A stretch of DNA of 41,577 bases from a virus: the IMG/VR virus record IMGVR_UViG_3300045988_115369; one strand, given 5' to 3'. Below are positions 1 through 6,088 of this stretch, in pieces. The notes below the pieces were generated by a model. It was not told where the DNA came from, did not search any database, and worked only from the letters and a program-made list of their open reading frames with translations. How positions within the stretch are numbered: position 1 is the first letter of the stretch; each line of letters begins with the position of its first letter. A program made the position numbers and the translations under genes.

Positions 1-119
1 AGACACGGCGTGCTGCTTCTTCTGCCCGTGCCTTTGCACGTCTTTCCAGTTCCAGTTCATCTTCAAGCGTGATATTTTCATAGTCCATGATATTCGTCCT
101 TTCTCTGAAAAAAAAAAAC
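1..119. repeat. Terminal direct repeat, copy 1 (identical to 41459..41577)
   Basis: Read directly. Both copies hold the first 88 nt of the RNAP CDS (ATG complement at 86..88 and 41544..41546), its RBS and an 11-nt A run. Positions 1..88 are therefore a truncated duplicate of the RNAP 5' end. Confidence 0.9.
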
Positions 120-125
120 ACACAT

Positions 126-155
126 AAGAAAAAGAGAGAACGAAAATGTTCTCTC
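126..155 (-). terminator. Hairpin plus U-tract between phage promoter phi-1 and the RNAP start codon
   Basis: Minus strand reads GAGAGAAC-AUUUUC-GUUCUCUC followed by UUUUUCUU. An 11-nt U run lies further downstream, before the RBS (AAAGGA). Confidence 0.6.
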
Positions 156-176
156 CCTCTATATGTGCCACAATTA
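154..176 (-). promoter_or_regulatory. Phage-RNAP promoter phi-1, directly upstream of the RNAP gene
   Basis: Minus strand TAATTGTGGCACATATA|GAGGGAGAG. It has the same 17-nt length and purine-rich start region as the T7 promoter TAATACGACTCACTATA|GGGAGA. Confidence 0.8.
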
Positions 177-178
177 GC

Positions 179-742
179 TTACTTGTCTATTTTATACAAA
201 ATTCTACTGCCACATGCATAATAACATCCATCATACTTATGGATACATTCAGGAAAACTTGCGGTGTCTTCTTCAAGTAAGTACAATTCATAACCGTCCA
301 TCAGCTTATTTCCTAATTCTTCGTTGTCAATACAATCAAGGAACATAGACGGTATATTTTTGAATGCATCTTTTTCGATAAGGAAGGCTGCTAATTCTGC
401 GGGGTTTCTGATATAGGTGTAGTTCTCATTCCTTCCACGCTGTACCCATCCGATCTGCCATGTCCTTGCTAAGATAAGGGAATCAAAAATACCTGCTTCT
501 GCTACGTCATCATAAACAAATGCAGCTTCAATCTGCATTGCCGTCATATCTATAAGTTTATGCAGAAACTTGATAATCATGTCTGCTTCCCAATCATCAA
601 TAGAGATGATATAGGAAGTATCATCATCTATTCCGATACGTTCATGCGGAAGATAGACAGTCAGGTATTCCCCTCTCTTGTCCGTTCTTACCCTAGCCCC
701 ACTGAATGGGAGCGTAAAATCAAAGCTATCTGTATCTAACAT
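179..742 (-). CDS. Acidic early protein, possible anti-restriction (ArdA-like C-terminal segment)
   Basis: The ORF-track stop at 179 is used. The start is moved to the ATG at 742, which lies 9 nt after AAGGAAGG. The protein is acidic; IDNEELGNKLMDG resembles the ArdA C-terminal motif. Confidence 0.55.
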   Translation of the reverse strand: MLDTDSFDFTLPFSGARVRTDKRGEYLTVYLPHERIGIDDDTSYIISIDDWEADMIIKFLHKLIDMTAMQIEAAFVYDDVAEAGIFDSLILARTWQIGWVQRGRNENYTYIRNPAELAAFLIEKDAFKNIPSMFLDCIDNEELGNKLMDGYELYLLEEDTASFPECIHKYDGCYYACGSRILYKIDK

Positions 743-761
743 GATTATCATCCTTCCTTGT

Positions 762-1358
762 CTAAAAATCCGTTCCATCTGCTAGGAACTCATAGTTTCC
801 TTCTGCTAATTCTGTACGAATGTAGTTATCACACGTATAGTATTCATAGTCAGCTTGTGCATTTTCATAAAGTCGTTCACATTCTTCTTTTCGCCATTCT
901 TCAAGGGCATCAATGAAATAGGCGTACTTCTCATCTTCTTCCATAGGGATGCCATCAATCAGTAATTCAATGTATGTATTCCACGAACGTGGATTAGAGC
1001 TAACCCATGAATACTTCGCTACACGAACTTCCCCATACTTTCTGATTTCATCAAGTACGGATGCTTTAATGCATCCTTTTGTATCAAAGTTTTTAGCTAC
1101 GTTGATTGCCATCTGTGCCGTTTCAAATTCTCCAGTGAACCCTGCCCCTGCTTCCGCATCATACATGGAAAAAGACACACTGTCTTTATCTACATTGAAC
1201 CCGTGGTCAGAAAACATGATGTCCGTGAAATCTTCACTTGTGTACTCTTCCCAATCAAGGGAATCTACCCATGTGTATCTGTACCTTTCCATTACTTCTT
1301 CCTGTACTTTCTTTTCCAGTTCATTGAATTTGTAAACTTTCTGTACTATTTCTCTCAT
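762..1358 (-). CDS. Acidic early protein, function unknown
   Basis: 198-aa ORF with RBS AAGGAAGG upstream, in the early-gene position. Confidence 0.6.
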   Translation of the reverse strand: MREIVQKVYKFNELEKKVQEEVMERYRYTWVDSLDWEEYTSEDFTDIMFSDHGFNVDKDSVSFSMYDAEAGAGFTGEFETAQMAINVAKNFDTKGCIKASVLDEIRKYGEVRVAKYSWVSSNPRSWNTYIELLIDGIPMEEDEKYAYFIDALEEWRKEECERLYENAQADYEYYTCDNYIRTELAEGNYEFLADGTDF

Positions 1359-1389
1359 GATAATTCCTTCCTTTCAAAACTGATCCCAC

Positions 1390-1785
1390 TTACTGTGCAA
1401 TTTCCAAGAAACCAAAGTCACATTCGATGAACCCATCATCCATAAGGGCATCTGCTACCTTGTCATAGTCCAGATAATCTTCTAATTTATCAAAGCTATC
1501 CCCCCAATAGCCTTCCACCCCTAACTCTTTGATTAAGTCTTCCCAATCCATTTCTTCTCTCCACCAAATTGAATGATTTGCAAGTTTTTCCAGTACTTCT
1601 TCTAAGTCATCCTGCACGTACTTAAGATACTGTTCCACGATAATCTGTTCATATTCTTCCAAGTCATCCAGTTCATCCTGTACTTCATCCGCTTTGAGAT
1701 ACGTCCAATACTTATCATCCACCGTGATTTCTTGATGATACTTGTTGATTTTGTTAAGAATATACTTATACATAGCCATTGCCAT
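1390..1785 (-). CDS. ArdA-like acidic early protein (putative anti-restriction DNA mimic)
   Basis: Very acidic. The C-terminus LEDYLDYDKVADALMDDGFIECDFGFLEI resembles the Tn916 ArdA C-terminus (NYIDYQAYGRDL...GIFEI), compared from memory. Three ATGs sit close together at the start. Confidence 0.55.
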   Translation of the reverse strand: MAMAMYKYILNKINKYHQEITVDDKYWTYLKADEVQDELDDLEEYEQIIVEQYLKYVQDDLEEVLEKLANHSIWWREEMDWEDLIKELGVEGYWGDSFDKLEDYLDYDKVADALMDDGFIECDFGFLEIAQ

Positions 1786-1812
1786 TCCACCCTTTCTTTT
1801 TAATCCTAGCCT

Positions 1813-1881
1813 GTCTCATCAGCATGGGTAGGCTATCCCCCATGGACTAGACACATCCTCTCTTGTGTGCCTAGTTTCGAC
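1813..1881 (-). ncRNA. Type II hammerhead ribozyme, copy A
   Basis: Minus-strand RNA: GUC-GAAAC-UAGGCACAC..GUGUGUCUAG-UC^-CAUGGG(GGAUAGCCUA)CCCAUG-CUGAUGA-GAC. All core nucleotides are present. Predicted cleavage falls between 1845 and 1844. Confidence 0.85.
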
Positions 1882-1882
1882 T

Positions 1883-2230
1883 TTATGCAATGAGTTCACC
1901 TGTCGTGATATCCACCACTTGTGCATGTAGCACGTCCAGTCTGTAGTTTTTGTTGTTTGCCACCATCTTTACAAGGGAAAATGGAATAATTCCATTTGTT
2001 CTACAGTGTTCATCAATGAACCATCGAATGTGTCGCCGTGTTGTCATGCTGTATAGCCCCGTGATTTCGAGACTATCCAGTGTTCCCTTGATTACAAGGG
2101 TATTGTAAGAGTACATTTCATATTCTGTAGACACATTGTCCTTGTTTGTGTCTACCCATACCGTGTAATTTTTTGTTGTGTGCTTGCCTTTTTCGATGTT
2201 GAACCATTTAAGCATTTTCATCATCCCCAC
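1883..2230 (-). CDS. Early protein, function unknown
   Basis: 115-aa ORF. The start is GTG at 2230 or ATG at 2224. The stop lies 1 nt from the 5' edge of hammerhead A. Confidence 0.6.
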   Translation of the reverse strand: MGMMKMLKWFNIEKGKHTTKNYTVWVDTNKDNVSTEYEMYSYNTLVIKGTLDSLEITGLYSMTTRRHIRWFIDEHCRTNGIIPFSLVKMVANNKNYRLDVLHAQVVDITTGELIA

Positions 2231-2462
2231 TTTCTTCTTCCTCTTCTTCTGAAATACCTAACGTCTCAAAAATCCAGTCTGAATCGAACCACATGATATC
2301 GTTTAATTCAGTTCTTCCAATTCCATCGGGATAGAGTTCTTCAATCATGTCACAAAATTCCTCCCCTTTGCCCTCTCTTTCAATACGTTCTGCCGTATCT
2401 ACAGCCCCACTCCATGCCGTTCTTCTAATGTCATTAAAATCCATTTCATCAAATACCTTCAT
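2208..2462 (-). CDS. Small acidic early protein with a poly-Glu tail
   Basis: Start moved to the ATG at 2462 (RBS AAAGGATGG). 84 aa, ending EEEEEESGDDENA. Confidence 0.55.
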   Translation of the reverse strand: MKVFDEMDFNDIRRTAWSGAVDTAERIEREGKGEEFCDMIEELYPDGIGRTELNDIMWFDSDWIFETLGISEEEEEESGDDENA

Positions 2463-2497
2463 AATAATTCCATCCTTTCTTTTTAATCCTGTAGCCT

Positions 2498-2567
2498 GTC
2501 TCATCAGAACGTGGGCGGCTATCCCACATTGACTAGACACACCCTCTCTTGTGCGTCTAGTTTCGAC
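2498..2567 (-). ncRNA. Type II hammerhead ribozyme, copy B
   Basis: Minus-strand RNA: GUC-GAAAC-UAGACGCAC(AAGAGAGG)GUGUGUCUAG-UC^-AAUGUGGG(AUAGCCG)CCCACGUU-CUGAUGA-GAC. Predicted cleavage falls between 2531 and 2530. Confidence 0.85.
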
Positions 2568-2569
2568 TT

Positions 2570-2935
2570 TTACTTGCTTTTCTTCACAAGCACAATTTTC
2601 AATTTATATGCCGTGTCTAAATGGTTGATATGGGTAACATCATCAAAGCAATATGCAACTAAGTTCCCTGCATAGTCACAACGTACCTTGAGAGTGCGCC
2701 CTGCATAAAAGCACACATCACCTTGTGCAATATCAGGTGAATCGTAACTACTGAATTTTTCAAGAATTTTGATTTCAATGCATTCCCATTTACCGTTTTC
2801 ATAACCTTCTTGCATTGCTATGAAATTTGAAATGCTGCCTTTAATCCTGCCGATAGCAAATTCATCAAACATAATCAACCCATTGTCTTTTGTCCATGTG
2901 TTCATGCCCCATGCCGTGATTTCTTTTCTTTCCAT
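2570..2935 (-). CDS. First early protein, function unknown
   Basis: Start moved to the ATG at 2935 (RBS GAAAGGAAG). The stop lies 2 nt from the 5' edge of hammerhead B. Confidence 0.6.
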   Translation of the reverse strand: MERKEITAWGMNTWTKDNGLIMFDEFAIGRIKGSISNFIAMQEGYENGKWECIEIKILEKFSSYDSPDIAQGDVCFYAGRTLKVRCDYAGNLVAYCFDDVTHINHLDTAYKLKIVLVKKSK

Positions 2936-3436
2936 GATTTTTCTTCCTTTCTGAATGTGTTCCGTTGTTCCTACACGCTTAACAAAAAAATTTGAGACAC
3001 CATCTCTTGATGGTTGGAATACCACTGATTAGTTCAATGGTTTAGAGACTAGATACAGCATGATTTCACTACCTTTCACCTACACCGTTCCATTTCATCG
3101 TCTGCGCTTGCCCCGTCATCACAAGATACCTTGCTAGACGTTGTAAGCACACACTCTATGAGACTGTCCACTACTCAGCCCTGCCGTATATCGCAAGCTA
3201 CTTTCATGACTTCTCAGTGTGTATCTTCACTGTCATGTTGCCACCGCTTTTCCCGATGACTTTCTTTTTTTCGTATGGTGTGAATTGATACTACGCATGC
3301 AGTAAGTTCACCATTCGCATTTTTCAGCTATTCAGTTTTCAAAGAACCCGATGATGTTTTGGGGTATCCCATCGCGTCACCGTCAATTTTTCGTTCTTAG
3401 TGGTATCACTTCCTTTCGTTCGTTCACTGTGCCTAC

Positions 3437-3465
3437 ATTGTAGCACGTTGTTCCTACATTGTCAA
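3437..3465 (-). promoter_or_regulatory. Host sigma-70/SigA early promoter P1
   Basis: Minus strand TTGACA, a 17-nt spacer and TACAAT, with an extended -10 TG (TGCTACAAT). Confidence 0.85.
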
Positions 3466-3654
3466 GAAGATTTTTCCTCTAGTTCTCTCTGTCGTCTTAC
3501 CATTCCGCCGTGAATACGTTGCCGTTCGCGTTCGCAATGTGCGTTGTTCTGAGTTCTTCCACCACGCTATCCATACATGTGCTACAGATAGCATTTTCAG
3601 AATCGGGGCGGTGCGCCTTGCGGTGTTCCGTCCGTGTCATCCTTGACTGTCCAT

Positions 3655-3683
3655 ATTGTATCATGATGTTCCTACACCGTCAA
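3655..3683 (-). promoter_or_regulatory. Host sigma-70/SigA early promoter P2
   Basis: Minus strand TTGACG, a 17-nt spacer and TACAAT, with an extended -10 TG (TGATACAAT). The spacer is a paralog of the P1 spacer. Confidence 0.85.
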
Positions 3684-3825
3684 GGATAAATTTGCATTTC
3701 TTTGTGGAGAAATTTTGTTCGCATGGTATACCATACCCCCGTAGGGTATCCATGATTGTCAACCATGGCATGCTAGTAGCACGTTAGTAGTAAGAGATTA
3801 AATCTTACAAGTACATATATAGGCA

Positions 3826-3847
3826 AACAGGGCTTGCTCGCCCTGTT
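3826..3847. terminator. 8-bp GC-rich hairpin between the integrase region and the early control region
   Basis: AACAGGGC-TTGCTC-GCCCTGTT. The minus strand continues with TTTGCC. Confidence 0.4.
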
Positions 3848-3862
3848 CCATTTAAGTATAAT
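3834..3862 (+). promoter_or_regulatory. Candidate host-type promoter for the integrase
   Basis: Plus strand TTGCTC, a 17-nt spacer and TATAAT. The -10 sits inside the palindrome GTATAATA-A-TATTATAC. Confidence 0.4.
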
Positions 3863-4005
3863 AATATTATACTAATACATTCCACCCTGCCCCAGCGATA
3901 ACGGCGAGCGCGTGGAGGGTACGGGGGAAAACAGCCGGGGCAATTTTAATGAATACCCTTTCACAATTTTTATAATTTTTTGTTTTAAGAAGGAGGAACA
4001 TCATC

Positions 4006-5160
4006 ATGAAAAGACAAAGGGCACCACGAGGGCAAGGAAGTATCACACCATACGGAGATGGAAAATTCAAAGGCATCATCACCATTGGATACAAACTAGA
4101 TCCAGTGACGAAGAAGAATAAACGTCTCACAAAAACCTTTACAGGAAAGACAAGGAAAGAAGTTCAAGCAAAGATCACTGAGTATCAGTACAAAGTAAAT
4201 GCAGGGAAGATCAATCCATTGGCAGCTCCCCTTACATTCAAACAGTACAGTGAACGATGGTTAATGATGAAAAAGACAACACTGAAACCACAGACATACA
4301 GAAACTATGAGAGTAATATGCAGTGTCTTGATTTTGGCAACAAAGTGATGAAAGACATAACAGTTTCAGACGTCAACACGCTGCTCCTAACATTGCTACA
4401 GACACTCTCCCCTGCCACTGTACGAGGAAGGCACACCCTATTGAAAAGTGTCTTTGAAGGAGCAAGAAAGGAAAAACTCATTATAGAGAATCCTGTAGAA
4501 GACAGCATGCGTATCAAGGCACAGGTAGATCACACTGTGACAGAAATGCATGTCTTAACGAAAGAAGAGAGTACGAATGTTCTATTAAAAGCTAAGGAGA
4601 TGAAAGCTCCCATATGGTTCTACCCTCTGATACGTACTGCCTTAGAGACAGGGATGAGAAAAGGAGAGCTGCGTGCCTTACAGTACAAAGCACTGGGTAA
4701 AGACACCATCTATATAAAAGCAAGTGTAGAAGACAGTGCAGGGAAAGGGGCAACTCTCACAACGCCTAAGACACGTGCCTCTGTAAGGAGAATACATGTG
4801 TCTACATCACTCATTGAGATACTACAGGCTCTTCCCCATAAAGATGAAAACAGTTTTGTCTTTCACACTAAGAATGAGACTTTAATTGCTAATAGTGATA
4901 TACAGTACTACTTTAATACGCTAAAGAAAGTAAGTAACATAGACAAACCACTTCACTTCCACGATCTAAGACACACCCATGCCACCCTTCTTATCATGGC
5001 AGGTGTGAACATCAAGACCGTCTCTACTCGCCTAGGTCACGCATCTGTATCCATCACGTTAAACAGGTACACACACGCCCTTCCGCAGCAAGATAAAGAA
5101 GCTAGTGAAATGATTTGTAGTATGCTACTATCGGATACTACGATGAAAGACAATCAGTAA
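4006..5160 (+). CDS. int: Tyrosine recombinase / phage integrase
   Basis: RBS AGGAGG lies 8 nt upstream. The N-terminal Arm-type DNA-binding segment is GSITPYGDGKFKG...GKTRKEVQAKI. Catalytic motifs are HDLRHTHAT and LGHASVSITLNRYTH. It is the only plus-strand gene. Confidence 0.95.
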   Translation: MKRQRAPRGQGSITPYGDGKFKGIITIGYKLDPVTKKNKRLTKTFTGKTRKEVQAKITEYQYKVNAGKINPLAAPLTFKQYSERWLMMKKTTLKPQTYRNYESNMQCLDFGNKVMKDITVSDVNTLLLTLLQTLSPATVRGRHTLLKSVFEGARKEKLIIENPVEDSMRIKAQVDHTVTEMHVLTKEESTNVLLKAKEMKAPIWFYPLIRTALETGMRKGELRALQYKALGKDTIYIKASVEDSAGKGATLTTPKTRASVRRIHVSTSLIEILQALPHKDENSFVFHTKNETLIANSDIQYYFNTLKKVSNIDKPLHFHDLRHTHATLLIMAGVNIKTVSTRLGHASVSITLNRYTHALPQQDKEASEMICSMLLSDTTMKDNQ

Positions 5161-5212
5161 TAAATACCCTAGATACCCCTATAGAATGTAATTGGGGTAC
5201 GTATATACATCT

Positions 5213-5261
5213 AAATACCGTATGACATAATATCGTCCTTATTAACAGACATACGGTATTT
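5213..5261. terminator. 12-bp inverted repeat between the convergent int and membrane-protein genes
   Basis: AAATACCGTATG, 25 nt, CATACGGTATTT, then TTCTG. The loop is large for a classical terminator. Confidence 0.4.
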
Positions 5262-5310
5262 TCTGTATCTTTTAGGGATAATACTACTATCTGGCTACTA
5301 CCTCTTCTAA

Positions 5311-5910
5311 TTAAAATCTAATCTTATAACTTGCTTGAAATCCATCAACTTTGTTGTCTTTGACATTCAGTTGGAAAGACACCCCTTTATTGTACCCAAA
5401 ATTCCTTTGTACTTCAATGGGAACGTACCATTCATTAGACACCCTTCCTATCCCAGCACCCACTTCCCACTTGTGCTTCTTTTCGTAGTCTTTGAAGATT
5501 GGTGTGAGGTCTAGCGTTTGATCGACACGTGCAGTGGTGGGAGTGGAAGTAGTAGAGGATGAAGGAGAAAGAGGTGTGTCTTTTAATGTTTTTTTAATGT
5601 ACTTATCTTTAACTGGTATCTGAATGTCATTACCATTGATGACTGCATGATAGTGGTTATTCAGAATCAAATCTGGATCAGACGTATTGGTTTTACTTGC
5701 TGCTGTTATTTCAGTAGTCAAAGAGGGTGAAGTATAAGAATCTGTAGTTGTAGTTGTTTTTGTTGTTCCTTCTTTATACCCTTTATCATACCCATAATGA
5801 TAAATCATTGTTGTTGTTCCAATAAAGAAAATCATCAGAATAATAACAATAAGGATATTTCTTTTATTTATATCATTAAAATCAATCACTTTAGAATCAC
5901 CTATTTTCAT
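5311..5910 (-). CDS. Membrane-anchored Thr/Ser-rich protein with an OMP-like C-terminus
   Basis: Start at ATG 5910 (the ORF track uses GTG at 5952). It has an N-terminal TM helix (ILIVIILMIFFIGTTTMI), a T/S-rich linker, and ends with the alternating pattern GFQASYKIRF and a terminal Phe. Confidence 0.6.
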   Translation of the reverse strand: MKIGDSKVIDFNDINKRNILIVIILMIFFIGTTTMIYHYGYDKGYKEGTTKTTTTTDSYTSPSLTTEITAASKTNTSDPDLILNNHYHAVINGNDIQIPVKDKYIKKTLKDTPLSPSSSTTSTPTTARVDQTLDLTPIFKDYEKKHKWEVGAGIGRVSNEWYVPIEVQRNFGYNKGVSFQLNVKDNKVDGFQASYKIRF

Positions 5911-6088
5911 TCTCAATACTGTAATAAAGGATGTAGACCTTCGGTGTGTCACATTGAAAGTTCTAATAGTTTACACACATAGTGATTCACATGCTATACC
6001 TAGTGCAGGAAACATATATCTCTTATTTCATAGAGTTCCAAGTTACAGAAACAAGAGATACATGTATATAATATAGATTCCCTCAGTC

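Noticed and set aside
3500-3530. GCGAACGCGAAC tandem as a possible LexA (Cheo box) site.
   Set aside because: The sequence is a direct repeat, not the inverted repeat GAAC-N4-GTTC that a Cheo box requires.
3700-3825. A third early promoter, suggested by TTGACAATCATGG and AACGTGCTACTAG, which resemble pieces of P1.
   Set aside because: The -35-like and -10-like pieces are not spaced 16-18 nt apart, and the -10 is degenerate (TACTAG). These are probably remnants of promoter duplication. The palindromes here (GGTATACC, CCATGG, ATACCC-CCGTA-GGGTAT) may instead relate to att or pac functions.
3882-3941. Twister-like ribozyme suspected because of GUGGAGGG and C/G-rich pairings.
   Set aside because: I could not place the conserved twister elements or a consistent P1/P2 architecture. 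A pseudoknot or attP core is a more cautious reading.
3867-4130. 87-aa minus-strand ORF, and a 69-aa plus-strand ORF at 3912..4121, overlapping the integrase start region.
   Set aside because: Neither has an RBS. Both overlap the well-supported int start and its leader, and the translations look random (His/Arg runs arising from the GC island).
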